Of a DNA stretch of 64,000 nucleotides, positions 53,599 to 63,110 are shown piece after piece. The first letter of the stretch is position 1; every line of letters starts with the position of its first letter. Below the pieces are notes generated by a model, which saw only the letters and a program-made list of their open reading frames with translations, made no database searches and had not been told where the DNA came from. Position numbers and translations under genes: made by a program. Source of the stretch: an uncultured Candidatus Saccharibacteria bacterium (GTDB taxonomy: Bacteria; Patescibacteriota; Minisyncoccia; Phycocordibacterales; SBAW01). The stretch spans positions 479,090 to 543,089 of the forward strand of contig CAZMIU010000001.1 in NCBI GenBank assembly GCA_964566795.1, given 5' to 3'.

Positions 53599-56025
53599 GT
53601 GACCAAGGAGAAGCGCAAAAGACTCGTTATCTTAGATACCCACGCCATTTTGCACAGGGCGTATCATGCTTTGCCTGACTTTAGCTCCAGTAAAGGTGAG
53701 CCCACGGGGGCGCTCTACGGGCTCATCTCGATGCTGGTTAAGATTATTGCCGACCTCAAGCCCGACTACATTGCCGCGGCGTACGATTTGCCGGGCGGGA
53801 CCTTTAGGCACGCCGCGTACGAGAACTACAAGGCTAACCGCATTAAGGCGGACGACGACCTCTACACCCAGATAAACCGTGCACGCGATGTGCTCGAGGC
53901 GCTTGGTATACCGCTGTATGAGGCCAAGGGCTTTGAGGCAGATGATGTGGTGGGCACCATTGCAACCCAGGTTAAGAAAAAGAAAACCATAGACACCATA
54001 ATCGCCTCGGGCGACATGGACACCGTGCAGCTTGTTGATGGTACCCAGACGAAAGTGTTTACCCTGCGCAAAGGCTTAACCGACACGGTGACCTATGACG
54101 AGACACGCGTGCGCGAGCGCTTTGGCTTTGGCCCCACATCAATCCCGGACCTTAAGGGTATTGCCGGCGACCCGAGTGACAATATTAAGGGTGTGCCTGG
54201 CGTGGGCGAGGGGAGCGCGCTTAAACTTTTGCAAAAGTACGAGACTATTGAGGCTTTGTACAAAGCTATTAAGAAAGAAGGTGTAGATAAGATTGCCGAG
54301 GCCACCGGCGTGCAAAGGCGCTTTGTGCAGCTCGTGGCTGACAACAAAGAGAGCGCAGAGTTTAGTAAGCAGCTGGCGACCATACGCCGCGATGCGCCTG
54401 TTGAGTTTGTGGTACCCAAAAAGCCGTGGCGCGAGTCGGTTGATAAAGCACAAGCGCTCGATATGCTCGCGCAGTTTGAGTTCCGCACCTTAATGCCGAG
54501 AGTTCGTGAATTATTGGGAGACAGCTCGGATAAAACTTCCAGGGATAAAGTCCTCGGGTCTCTTGACGAGTCTCTAGGTGAAGACTCGTCGGGCCAGACT
54601 CTTTTCCCCGAAACATCCGCCGACGCTCTCAAGGTCCCTCCGCAGGATTTGCACGACGCGTGTTTGGCTGTGTCTGTGCTCGACTCAAACATTGCCGAGC
54701 CCGACTACGAGGATATTTTGCGCATGGGGCGCGCCGACACGTTTGAGGAGGCGTACAAAAGCCTGCTGAAGCAGATTAAAGAAAAAAACCTCACGTTTGT
54801 ATACGAACATATAGAGCTGCCGCTCTCACCGGTGCTGCGCCGCATGGAGGAGCGCGGTGTGCTTGTCGATAAAGACTTTCTTAAGTCGCTCTCTAAGGAG
54901 TACAAAAAAGAGCTCGACAGTATCTGCAAGCGCATCTACAAGCATGCGGGTGGCGAGTTTAACATCGGCTCGCCCAAGCAGTTGGGCGAGGTCTTGTATG
55001 ACAAACTGGGCCTCCAGATGAAAAAGAAGACAGCCGGCGGGCAGCGCTCGACACGCGAGGCGGAGCTGCAAAAGCTTGCAGACCAGCACCCCATCATTGA
55101 GGATATCTTGGCGTACCGCGAGTTATCTAAACTCCTCTCGACTTACATCGACTCTATCCCGACTCTGCTTGATGAGCAGAGTAGGCTGCACACGCGCTAT
55201 GTGCAGATTGGTGCCGCGACTGGGCGCATGGCCTCTAAGGACCCAAACCTCCAAAACATCCCCATTAAAACCGAGTTGGGCCGCCGGATACGCCACGCGT
55301 TTGTGGCAACACCCGGCTACGAACTCGTATCCTTTGACTACAGCCAGATTGAGCTCAGGATTGCCGCGATACTCACGGGAGACGAGGGGCTGTTAGAGAT
55401 CTTTAGGGAGGGCCGCGACGTGCACGCCGAGGTGGCTGCGCGTGTGTTTGGGCTACACAGCTCCTTGGATGCGCGCGAGCAGCGCCGCCGCGCCAAGGTT
55501 ATCAACTTCGGCATCCTCTACGGCATGGGAGTAAACGCACTGCAGCAAGGCTTGGGTACGAGTCGAAAAGAGGCTCAGGAGTTTTATGACCAGTACTTTG
55601 CCGCCTTCCCCAAGTTGGCCGGCTACATAGATGAGACAAAAGGCCTGGCAAATAAGCAGGGCTATACCGAGACCATGTTTGGCCGCCGCCGCTACCTCGA
55701 CGGGATAAGATCGCCCATCCCGTATGTAAAGGCTGCCGCAGAGCGTATGGCCATTAACGCGCCTATGCAAGGCAGCCAGGCCGACATTATTAAGCTTGCG
55801 ATGATCGAGCTTGATAAAGTGCTGGGAAATGACGCATATATGCTTTTGCAGGTACACGACGAGCTGGTGTTTGAGATCAAGAAGGATAAGGTTAAGGAGT
55901 GTGCACCTGTCATTAAAAAGATTATGGAGGAGGCGCTGCCCAAAGGCATGGCCAACGGTGTGCCGATTGTGGCCGAGGGTAAGCACGGCCTCAACTGGGG
56001 CGACATGGAAAAATTAGATGCTTAA
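53599..56025 (+). CDS. polA: DNA polymerase I (5'-3' exonuclease plus polymerase; too short for a 3'-5' exonuclease domain)
   Basis: GTG start. 5' nuclease motifs, polymerase motifs A/B/C (DYSQIELR, RRxAKxxNFGxxYG, HDE). Confidence 0.93.
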   Translation: MTKEKRKRLVILDTHAILHRAYHALPDFSSSKGEPTGALYGLISMLVKIIADLKPDYIAAAYDLPGGTFRHAAYENYKANRIKADDDLYTQINRARDVLEALGIPLYEAKGFEADDVVGTIATQVKKKKTIDTIIASGDMDTVQLVDGTQTKVFTLRKGLTDTVTYDETRVRERFGFGPTSIPDLKGIAGDPSDNIKGVPGVGEGSALKLLQKYETIEALYKAIKKEGVDKIAEATGVQRRFVQLVADNKESAEFSKQLATIRRDAPVEFVVPKKPWRESVDKAQALDMLAQFEFRTLMPRVRELLGDSSDKTSRDKVLGSLDESLGEDSSGQTLFPETSADALKVPPQDLHDACLAVSVLDSNIAEPDYEDILRMGRADTFEEAYKSLLKQIKEKNLTFVYEHIELPLSPVLRRMEERGVLVDKDFLKSLSKEYKKELDSICKRIYKHAGGEFNIGSPKQLGEVLYDKLGLQMKKKTAGGQRSTREAELQKLADQHPIIEDILAYRELSKLLSTYIDSIPTLLDEQSRLHTRYVQIGAATGRMASKDPNLQNIPIKTELGRRIRHAFVATPGYELVSFDYSQIELRIAAILTGDEGLLEIFREGRDVHAEVAARVFGLHSSLDAREQRRRAKVINFGILYGMGVNALQQGLGTSRKEAQEFYDQYFAAFPKLAGYIDETKGLANKQGYTETMFGRRRYLDGIRSPIPYVKAAAERMAINAPMQGSQADIIKLAMIELDKVLGNDAYMLLQVHDELVFEIKKDKVKECAPVIKKIMEEALPKGMANGVPIVAEGKHGLNWGDMEKLDA

Positions 56026-56566
56026 GGTTTTTGTTGGCAAAAAAGGGAGTGGAGAAGAGCTCAAGTGGGAAGGGATTTCCATGGATGAGTTGCGTAGCAT
56101 TGCATCAACCACGGATATGTTTGGCGGCACCAGCACGTTTGTACTTGTGGGTGCGCTCAACAGCGAGCGCCGGGATGAGTTTGTAGATATGCTCGACGTG
56201 TTTGTAGAGTCGCCCCACACGTTTGTGTTTGAGGAGGAGAAGCTCTTAAAGGCAGAGACCGATGCACTGACCAAAGCAAAAGTAAAAATAGAGACAGTTA
56301 AGGCAGAAAAGAAGGAGTGGAAGTTTGATCAGTTTGGTGTTGCGGCCGCTTTGGGGACTAAAGACAAAAAGAAGCTGTGGCTCGGTCTTATGGCAAGCTT
56401 TGCGGCAGGGGAGAAGGCCGAGGCTGTAGCTGGTCTCATGGCCTGGAAAGCAAGGCAAATGCGCGACGTGCAGCTCTCCCGCGACCTGGTCCGTCTCTAT
56501 CACGACTCGCATAGAGGAGCCGGGGACCTCGAGCTCCTCCTCGAGCGGTTTGCCTTAAAACTATAG
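56018..56566 (+). CDS. hypothetical protein, possibly a short DNA polymerase III delta (HolA)-like subunit
   Basis: Overlaps the polA stop by 8 nt. Weak resemblance to the HolA N- and C-terminal helical regions. Function is inference only. Confidence 0.5.
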   Translation: MLKVFVGKKGSGEELKWEGISMDELRSIASTTDMFGGTSTFVLVGALNSERRDEFVDMLDVFVESPHTFVFEEEKLLKAETDALTKAKVKIETVKAEKKEWKFDQFGVAAALGTKDKKKLWLGLMASFAAGEKAEAVAGLMAWKARQMRDVQLSRDLVRLYHDSHRGAGDLELLLERFALKL

Positions 56567-56603
56567 CGATTTTCGGGATTTCGTTGTATTTTACGAGGGT
56601 ATT

Positions 56604-56676
56604 GCGCCTATAGCTCAGTTGGTAGAGCGGCTCCCTTTTAAGGAGATGGTCCCTGGTTCGAGTCCAGGTGGGCGCA
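56604..56676 (+). tRNA. tRNA-Lys (anticodon TTT)
   Basis: Acceptor gcgccta/tgggcgc, anticodon stem gctcc/ggaga, loop cttttaa, T-loop ttcgagt. No CCA encoded. Confidence 0.75.
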
Positions 56677-56677
56677 C

Positions 56678-57082
56678 ATGGAGGATAAGGATCTGCATTT
56701 TGTGGGTAAGGTGGCGCAGAAGGCGCTCATCGAGCACGACGGCAAAGTGCTGGTATGCAAAGGAGTGGGGGACAGTGTATGGGAGTTTCCTGGCGGGCGC
56801 CTGCACAATGGCGAAGAGCCTAAGGCAGGGCTCATGCGCGAGATAAAGGAGGAGCTCCAGCTAAACCTGCGCGACGTGAGGCCCATATATACCTGCCGCT
56901 CATGGCACGCCAAGGCGGGCGTGCATAACTTTTTTGTGGCGTATCACTGCACTGTAGATGGCCCGGCCACTATTGTGAGCAACGATGAGGTAGTAGAAAA
57001 GAAGTGGGTTACCAAGGCGGAGCTCAAAGACCTGCCTATGTTTGACGACTGTCGCGGCGCTGTAGACGAATATTTAAAATAG
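56678..57082 (+). CDS. NUDIX hydrolase
   Basis: Nudix box GGRLHNGEEPKAGLMREIKEELQL. Confidence 0.85.
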   Translation: MEDKDLHFVGKVAQKALIEHDGKVLVCKGVGDSVWEFPGGRLHNGEEPKAGLMREIKEELQLNLRDVRPIYTCRSWHAKAGVHNFFVAYHCTVDGPATIVSNDEVVEKKWVTKAELKDLPMFDDCRGAVDEYLK

Positions 57083-57159
57083 TCTCCCTGTTTGGTTTTG
57101 TGTACACGGGCTGCGGGCTACATGCTAGACTCGTGCCAGACCAATCAACGGAGGCTCGC

Positions 57160-57789
57160 ATGAGCAATGTTCTTGAGTATTCAGACGAGCAGGTAATGAA
57201 GGTTGTGCGCCAACTGCGCCTCGCCTACAAGCTCAAGCGTACGCCCCGCTATGGCGGCATCCGCGACCCAAAGGTGCATAGTGAGTCGGTGGCAGAGCAC
57301 AAGTTCGCGCTCCTCTTTCTCTCGCGCTACTTTGTGCGCACAGAAGTGTTGCCCCGCGGGCTCGACATGGAGAAGGTGGATAATCTTATCCTCTTCCATG
57401 ACTTTGGCGAGATACCGCGCGGCGACAAGCCCTATATAAGCAAGACCAGGGCAGACGAGGAGCGTGAGCGCTACGACGCTGAGCGCGTGTTCAAATCACT
57501 GCCGGAAGAGCTCCAAGAGCTTGGATTTATCAGCTGGCAGGCGTTTGAGACGCGCGATGGCCTTGAGGCGCTGTTTGTTAATGCGCTCGACAAGGTTGAG
57601 CCCTGCTTTGAACTGCAGGGCAGGACCAATGAGCAGACACTCATGCGCCTTGGCTACACGTACGAGAAACATATCGGTAAAAAGCTGGCGGCCACAGAGA
57701 GATTTCCTGTCATGAGGAAGTTTGTCGAGGTCACCGCCCGCAAAAAACTTGGCCGCGGCGTCTTTGTTGATGCCATGGCTGCAGAGTGA
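57160..57789 (+). CDS. HD-domain phosphohydrolase (YfbR-like 5'-nucleotidase family)
   Basis: ESVAEHKF...LFHDFGEIPRGD HD motif. Internal Met used as start. Confidence 0.75.
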   Translation: MSNVLEYSDEQVMKVVRQLRLAYKLKRTPRYGGIRDPKVHSESVAEHKFALLFLSRYFVRTEVLPRGLDMEKVDNLILFHDFGEIPRGDKPYISKTRADEERERYDAERVFKSLPEELQELGFISWQAFETRDGLEALFVNALDKVEPCFELQGRTNEQTLMRLGYTYEKHIGKKLAATERFPVMRKFVEVTARKKLGRGVFVDAMAAE

Positions 57790-57794
57790 TACTG

Positions 57795-57826
57795 GCCCAA
57801 CCGAAAGGTTGGGCTACTCTTTTTGT
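57795..57826. terminator. bidirectional intrinsic terminator
   Basis: gcccaaccgaaaggttgggc followed by ctttttg. Confidence 0.7.
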
Positions 57827-58284
57827 AAAAGAAAGAGTGCGACGCCGCAGGCTACGGAGACATTGAGGGAGTACTTTTGGCCGCGCATGGGGATTTGTAT
57901 GATCTCGTCGCAGAGTTTTAAATCTTCGGGAGCTATGCCGTCCACTTCGTTGCCCAGCACAATAGCTATCTTCTCGCCCTCTTGGCGTTTGTAGTCGTAG
58001 ATATTGGTGGCGTTGTCTGCGAGCTCTATGGCGAGCACCCTGTAGCCTTCGGCTTTTAGTTTGGCTATCGCGTCCTTAAGGTCTGCCTCGCGGGAGTAGG
58101 GGACAAAGTTTTGCGCACCTAAAGAGACCTTGGCAAAGTCGGGGCGCTCGCGGCCCTTTGGGTCTAGTGGCCCTGGGGTGTAGCCGCACAGAACAATGCG
58201 GCCAACACCCGCGCCATCCGCGGTGCGGAACATGCTCCCCACGTTGTGGGCCGAGCGTATGTTATGCAGCACTAAAACAGGCAT
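57814..58284 (-). CDS. SpoU/TrmH-family RNA 2'-O-methyltransferase (TrmL-sized, 156 aa)
   Basis: SPOUT motifs NIRSAHNVGSMFRTADGAG, VLGNEVDGI, NVSVACGVALF. Confidence 0.8.
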   Translation of the reverse strand: MPVLVLHNIRSAHNVGSMFRTADGAGVGRIVLCGYTPGPLDPKGRERPDFAKVSLGAQNFVPYSREADLKDAIAKLKAEGYRVLAIELADNATNIYDYKRQEGEKIAIVLGNEVDGIAPEDLKLCDEIIQIPMRGQKYSLNVSVACGVALFLLQKE

Positions 58285-58328
58285 ATGGGTAAGCTACAGC
58301 AAAAACCAAATCTCGTCTTGGTGTGTAG

Positions 58329-58694
58329 CTAGAGTGGTAGGTCCTGCGCGAATGCGCCTGCGCCCGAGAGTATAAGAGAGAGCGAGATGATTGCGAGCAG
58401 GATGTACTCACCGCGGCACATGGGCACAGCGCGCGGGCACTTTTTGGCATATACGGCAAACCCGATGCACAACACAAGCGCCACAAGTGCGGCAACCTGT
58501 GTGAAGGTACCCAGAAAGAGCGATACGGTAACTGCCACTTCACCCACGATTGCCGGCCAAAGCCAGACGCTTTTTACCTCTCTGCGGCGCGCAAAGTGCG
58601 CCCACGCAGTAAAACCAAAGCCGAGCGCTACCGCTAGGCGAAGCAGGGTCGGTGCCAAAAAGGGGATAAGAAGTCCCGGGAATACGTTGAGCAT
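58329..58694 (-). CDS. small polytopic membrane protein (DoxX-like topology)
   Basis: Four predicted TM helices. No strong motif. Confidence 0.5.
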   Translation of the reverse strand: MLNVFPGLLIPFLAPTLLRLAVALGFGFTAWAHFARRREVKSVWLWPAIVGEVAVTVSLFLGTFTQVAALVALVLCIGFAVYAKKCPRAVPMCRGEYILLAIISLSLILSGAGAFAQDLPL

Positions 58695-58695
58695 A

Positions 58696-58908
58696 CTACT
58701 GGGGGATGTTTGGGTTAGGCTGGCCTATCTGGGGGCCATACGAGTTGCCGGGGCCAACGGGTGCCGGCGGTGCCAAAAAGAGTCCGCGCAGGTCCGCGCG
58801 CTGTGGCCCGCCATTGGCAAACCACAGGATTATTAAGATTGCGATAAAGCCCAAGACCGAGAGTGCAGCTTGTGCTGCTGACTGACCCTCCTTTTTTTCT
58901 TCTGCCAT
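58696..58908 (-). CDS. small membrane protein (70 aa)
   Basis: Single TM helix. Packed between murE and the DoxX-like gene. No SD. Confidence 0.4.
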   Translation of the reverse strand: MAEEKKEGQSAAQAALSVLGFIAILIILWFANGGPQRADLRGLFLAPPAPVGPGNSYGPQIGQPNPNIPQ

Positions 58909-58911
58909 AGG

Positions 58912-60165
58912 CTAATTGTACCCGAGCTTTATAAGCTCCTCTTGTGCCACCTGCGCATCGCTCCAGGGCTCTTTGGTGCCGTTCGGCCCCATGATGTAGG
59001 GGTCGGTACCCTTGCCGGTAATAAGCACGGCGTCATCTGCGTCTTTGGCCTCCTTAAGCGCCTCGGCAATTGCGGCGCGACGGTCGAGTATCACGCGAGG
59101 GTGGCGGTTTTTAAAGCCAAGTGTGAGCTCCTCGATGATCTTTTTGGGGTCCTCGTCGTATGGGTCCTCGTCTGTGAGTATAGCGATGTCGCACATCGAG
59201 TCGGCCATGGTACCCATTTCGGGGCGCTTCCAGGTATCGCGGCCTCCGCCGGTAGAGCCCAGTACACACACCAAGCGCTTGCCGGCCGAGGCGTACGTCT
59301 CGTACAAGGCCTTGAGCGAGTCGGGCGTGTGTGCGTAGTCGACAACAACCGCAAACGGCTGACCTTGCTCTATGCGCTGCGCGCGGCCCGCCACCGGCTC
59401 CACGCGCTCGAGAGCCTGCTTCATCTTCTCGATTCCAAGCCCAAGTGCACGGCCCAAGGTCAACGCGGCCAGGCAGTTCTTGAGGTTAAACAACCCAGGC
59501 ATGGGGACAGTAAACAGCGTGCCCTGCCAGACAAACCGCACGCTCTTGTCGTCGGCGGTGTAGGGCTCGGCATCAGCAAGAGAGAACGGTGCCTTGATGT
59601 CTGCCTCGACTGCCAAAAACTCTTTGCCGTGGGCATCGTCGGCGTTGGCGACGATAATGCGCGGGCGCTTGGTGGAGCGCGAGAGATGCGAGGCCAAAGA
59701 GAGCTTGGCTGCAACGTAGGCCTTGTAAGAGCCATGGCGCTCGATATGCTCCGGGGCCAGGTTGGTAAACACCAGAGCATTAAGCTCGATGCCGTGCTCT
59801 CGGTATTGCAGGGTGCCCTCGCTTGTCATCTCCATGACAACATGCGTGCAGCCGGCCTTAAGCGCATCGCTCATAAACTTTTGCAGCACACCGCGGCCCG
59901 GCATGGTCATTTTGTAGAGGTTGCGCTCCACGGCCTCGCCGATCATAAACCGTATGGTAGAGGCGAGTGCCACCTTGTGCCCCGTGCCCGCGAGCATGGT
60001 GCGGATGAGCTCTGCGGTGGTCGATTTGCCCTTGGTGCCTGTTACTCCTATAACAACAAGTTTTTTGGACGGATGGCCATAGTAGATGGCCGAGCCGTGG
60101 GCCCACGCGAGGTGATAGGCCTTAAGCAAAAAGCGGGGAGTGAGCGAGTGTAGTAAATCTTTCAT
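58912..60165 (-). CDS. murE: Mur ligase, MurE-like with reduced N-terminal domain (417 aa)
   Basis: P-loop VTGTKGKSTT; VVDYAHTPDSL and GSTGGGRD motifs characteristic of MurE. Confidence 0.8.
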   Translation of the reverse strand: MKDLLHSLTPRFLLKAYHLAWAHGSAIYYGHPSKKLVVIGVTGTKGKSTTAELIRTMLAGTGHKVALASTIRFMIGEAVERNLYKMTMPGRGVLQKFMSDALKAGCTHVVMEMTSEGTLQYREHGIELNALVFTNLAPEHIERHGSYKAYVAAKLSLASHLSRSTKRPRIIVANADDAHGKEFLAVEADIKAPFSLADAEPYTADDKSVRFVWQGTLFTVPMPGLFNLKNCLAALTLGRALGLGIEKMKQALERVEPVAGRAQRIEQGQPFAVVVDYAHTPDSLKALYETYASAGKRLVCVLGSTGGGRDTWKRPEMGTMADSMCDIAILTDEDPYDEDPKKIIEELTLGFKNRHPRVILDRRAAIAEALKEAKDADDAVLITGKGTDPYIMGPNGTKEPWSDAQVAQEELIKLGYN

Positions 60166-60169
60166 ACAG

Positions 60170-60751
60170 TTAGCGGGAGCCCAGGCGCTTGAGTGCTGCG
60201 CCCAAACGCTCCTTTATATTGCCGGCGCCCTCTGCTCCTATGGCGCGCAGGGTCTGGCGGCTCTCGTCGGCCTTGTAGCCCAGCGCCATAAGGGCCTCGA
60301 TAATCTCGCCATCGCCGCCCATGTCTGCTGCGTCTATAGGCTGTGCCTGCTGCTCGAGCGAGAGCTTGTCGCGAAGCTCGACCACGATGCGCTCGGCACT
60401 CTTTTTGCCTATGCCAAACACTTTGGTAAGCGCGCCGGCGTCTCCCGAGGCTATGGAGCGCTTGAGGCTTGCTATGTCGGAGACGTTGATGACGCCCAGG
60501 GCGGTCTTGGGGCCCACGCCCGAGACAGAGGTGAGCTGCCTGAAGAAGGCGAGCTCGTCGCGCGTGGCAAAGCCGTAGAGGTCGAAGACATCCTCGCGCA
60601 CAACTGTGTGTATATAGAGAGATATGGGTGTGCCCGCGGTGGTGGCCAGGGTATAAAAGGGGACCCTGACCGCGTAGCCCACGCCGCCCACCTCGACAAG
60701 GCCTAGCCCCTCATCCGTGCCGCCCCAGGTACCCGTGAGCTTGCCTATCAT
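60170..60751 (-). CDS. ruvA: Holliday junction DNA helicase RuvA
   Basis: OB domain, HhH pairs (VSGVGPKTALGVI), C-terminal RuvB-binding domain. ATG 60751 chosen. Confidence 0.9.
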   Translation of the reverse strand: MIGKLTGTWGGTDEGLGLVEVGGVGYAVRVPFYTLATTAGTPISLYIHTVVREDVFDLYGFATRDELAFFRQLTSVSGVGPKTALGVINVSDIASLKRSIASGDAGALTKVFGIGKKSAERIVVELRDKLSLEQQAQPIDAADMGGDGEIIEALMALGYKADESRQTLRAIGAEGAGNIKERLGAALKRLGSR

Positions 60752-60775
60752 GTCTATATAGAGTACACTCCGCGC

Positions 60776-61018
60776 ATGGCAATTACCAAATCGGCCAAAA
60801 AGGCGCACCGCCAGTCGTTGCGCAAGAAAGCGCAAAACAACAAGCGCAAGGACGCTTTGCGTGGCGCAATGAAGACGGCTCGTCAGGGCAAGGGTGACAC
60901 CAAGACTTTGGCGCAGGCTTACAAGGCTATCGACAAAGCTCTCAAGGCCGGTCTTATCAAGAAAAACACTGCAGCCCGCCGCAAGGCACTGGCGAGCAGA
61001 CTCCTTAAGAAGGCCTAA
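60776..61018 (+). CDS. rpsT: 30S ribosomal protein S20
   Basis: Basic helical S20 signature (KSAKKAHRQSLRK...). Confidence 0.9.
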   Translation: MAITKSAKKAHRQSLRKKAQNNKRKDALRGAMKTARQGKGDTKTLAQAYKAIDKALKAGLIKKNTAARRKALASRLLKKA

Positions 61019-61020
61019 CT

Positions 61021-61050
61021 AAAAACTCCCCATCCCGGGGAGTTTTTGAT
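61021..61050 (+). terminator. rho-independent terminator after rpsT
   Basis: aaaaactcccc-atcc-cggggagttttt. Confidence 0.75.
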
Positions 61051-61065
61051 ATATAGTCCCTATAC

Positions 61066-61137
61066 GCCTTCGTCGTTCAATGGATAGGATGCCTCCCTCC
61101 GAAGGAGGCGATGCAGGTTCGATTCCTGCCGAAGGCA
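61066..61137 (+). tRNA. tRNA-Arg (anticodon CCG)
   Basis: Acceptor gccttcg/cgaaggc, anticodon stem cctcc/ggagg, loop ctccgaa, T-arm gcagg-ttcgatt-cctgc. Confidence 0.75.
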
Positions 61138-61180
61138 CAGCGTTTACGAAAATGTATTTTTGGGTTACTCTTGCCCTGAC

Positions 61181-61252
61181 GCTCCCGTCGTTCAATGGAT
61201 AGGACGTAACCTTGCGGAGGTTATGATGTAGGTTCGATTCCTACCGGGAGCA
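61181..61252 (+). tRNA. tRNA-Arg (anticodon GCG by hand fold)
   Basis: Acceptor gctcccg/cgggagc, anticodon stem taacc/ggtta, loop ttgcgga, T-arm gtagg-ttcgatt-cctac. Confidence 0.65.
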
Positions 61253-61264
61253 CAGATTACACAA

Positions 61265-61290
61265 AGAACCGCCTTGAGGCGGTTTTTGTG
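61265..61290 (+). terminator. rho-independent terminator after the tRNA pair
   Basis: aaccgccttgaggcggtt followed by tttg. Confidence 0.7.
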
Positions 61291-61391
61291 ATTCTGTGCT
61301 GGCCGGAGCGATGTTTTGCACCGGCAAAACCGCGAGGCAGGGTCGTGCGGCAAAATCGCGACGGCGATTTTGAACGCCTGACCACAAGGAT

Positions 61392-61874
61392 TTAAAGGCC
61401 AAACAGCTCAGCCAGATGCTCGCCCAGGTGGGCGTGCTGCTCCTCTTCCTGAGCATAGCGGCGCAAAAAGGCGCGCACATTTTGGGCGCGGGTCGTATTG
61501 CCCAAGTGGACTATAAGTTGGGGGGCCAGGAGTCCGTTGGTTGTCACAAGGAGCCGGGCCTCGCGCCCCTGCGTCTGTGGCTCTACCCAAAAGGTGTGTA
61601 TGGTCTCATAGCGGTACAGCGTACCGTCCATAGAGATACCGCGGCTGTCTATCTTAACCCAGTGCTCGCGCGGGCCGCGCACTGCAAGTGTCGCTATAGA
61701 CCCGAGCCCGATGAGGATAATGAGGGCAAAGAGCACGTTCCCAAAAAACAGAGAGATGCCCGCCGCGGCAACGGCGCCGAGCCCCAGGCCCCAGTACCAG
61801 TCGGTACTGCGATCGCGGTGCTCGTGCGTTATTACCTGCCAGGATATGGTTTGTGCCTCGTGCTGCTCTGTCAT
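61392..61874 (-). CDS. hypothetical membrane protein (two TM helices plus a PH-like soluble domain)
   Basis: ORF with hydrophobic hairpin GLGLGAVAAAGISLFFGNVLFALIILIGLGSIATLAV. Confidence 0.55.
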   Translation of the reverse strand: MTEQHEAQTISWQVITHEHRDRSTDWYWGLGLGAVAAAGISLFFGNVLFALIILIGLGSIATLAVRGPREHWVKIDSRGISMDGTLYRYETIHTFWVEPQTQGREARLLVTTNGLLAPQLIVHLGNTTRAQNVRAFLRRYAQEEEQHAHLGEHLAELFGL

Positions 61875-61909
61875 TGGTATAAGTATACCCTAGGCGGTAC
61901 TATGGGCGC

Positions 61910-62599
61910 ATGAGCATTACACTTGTCTTTGCCTGGCTGTGCGCCATTGGCGTGTCCGTGCTGGGGGCCACCTATTGGGCCAAGCGCAGCGGCCGTCCGG
62001 ACGCGCTTGTGGCGCTCTTTATTACGCTTGTGATTGTGTCGAACCTTATGGCGGCAAAGATAGTTGCCTATGACTTTTACTTCTTTGCACTCTTTGCGCC
62101 GGCCGCGACCATCTTTTTCTCTATCACGTTTTTGCTCTCTGACATTATCAACGAGCGCTTTGGCCGCGCCGAGGCGCAGCGGGCCATCATATACGCCGCG
62201 CTCGCGCAGGTTGCGTTTGTGGCGTTTACCTACATAGCCCTTGTCATGCAGCCTGCACCCTTCTTTGGCGGGCAGGCAGCGTTTGAGTTTGTACTGAGCG
62301 CCGTGCCGCGCATTGCGCTCGCGGGTCTTGTTACATTCTTTGTCAGCGAGACTCTGGATGCATACTTGTACTCCTGGTTTAGGAAGCTCACCGAGGGCAG
62401 GCACCTGTGGCTGCGCTACGCGTTTTCCTCAATTCCCGCCATGTTTATAGACAGCACGCTGTTTGTGGTGCTGGCGTTTGCGGGCGTGCAGCCGCTCTTG
62501 CCGCTTATCGTGGGACTTACGGTCATTAAATATCTGGTCGGGCTCGTGAATGCCCCCATGATGTACGCTGCCCGCGCTGTTTTGAACGAAGGTAAGTAG
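61910..62599 (+). CDS. yhhQ: queuosine precursor transporter YhhQ (DUF165/Vut_1 family)
   Basis: 6-TM protein matching the YhhQ family throughout (NLMAAKIV..., FFSITFLLSDIINERFG). Confidence 0.8.
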   Translation: MSITLVFAWLCAIGVSVLGATYWAKRSGRPDALVALFITLVIVSNLMAAKIVAYDFYFFALFAPAATIFFSITFLLSDIINERFGRAEAQRAIIYAALAQVAFVAFTYIALVMQPAPFFGGQAAFEFVLSAVPRIALAGLVTFFVSETLDAYLYSWFRKLTEGRHLWLRYAFSSIPAMFIDSTLFVVLAFAGVQPLLPLIVGLTVIKYLVGLVNAPMMYAARAVLNEGK

Positions 62600-62633
62600 T
62601 TGAGAGGGTCGTATACGTTGGTATACTGGATGA

Positions 62634-63107
62634 GTGGAGGAGTATACTCGGAAACCCAACACTGAGTGTCTTGTGTGCCAAAAAGCCGTATATCGTCGCC
62701 CTGTTCTTTTGAGGCAAAATGAAGGCAGGGCATTTTGCAGCAAAGTCTGTTACGGAATTTCAACTAGGAGAGAAAAGCCCTGTGTAATTTGTGAGAAACC
62801 TATCCCGTCGTCAGCACATAAAAAGACTTGTAGTAGAGTGTGCGCTAATAAAAATAGAGCAGGAATAAGCTACAAAATTGGTCGGCCTCTCGATAAGGCT
62901 GCAGATATTCGTGCCATCAAGATACATCTCTTGAAAGAGAGAGGCCTTAGATGCCAACGTTGTGGTTACAACAAAAAAGAAATCTTGCACGTACATCATA
63001 AAGACAGAGACAGAAAGAATAATAATTTTAACAACCTTGAACTTATTTGCCCAAACTGCCATTATGAGGAACACTATCTGGAGAAGAGTTGGTTAAAGAA
63101 AGTGTAA
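62634..63107 (+). CDS. HNH endonuclease (Cys-rich zinc-ribbon N-terminus), low-GC
   Basis: HNH motif HVHHKDRDRKNNNFNNLELICPNCH. Multiple CxxC pairs. AT-rich codon usage unlike its neighbours. Confidence 0.75.
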   Translation: MEEYTRKPNTECLVCQKAVYRRPVLLRQNEGRAFCSKVCYGISTRREKPCVICEKPIPSSAHKKTCSRVCANKNRAGISYKIGRPLDKAADIRAIKIHLLKERGLRCQRCGYNKKEILHVHHKDRDRKNNNFNNLELICPNCHYEEHYLEKSWLKKV

Positions 63108-63110
63108 TAG

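Noticed and set aside
58942-60153. 403-aa ORF on + strand spanning the whole murE gene
   Set aside because: Antisense to murE (P-loop and DYAHTPDS motifs on the - strand); Arg/Gly/Val-rich GC-frame artefact.
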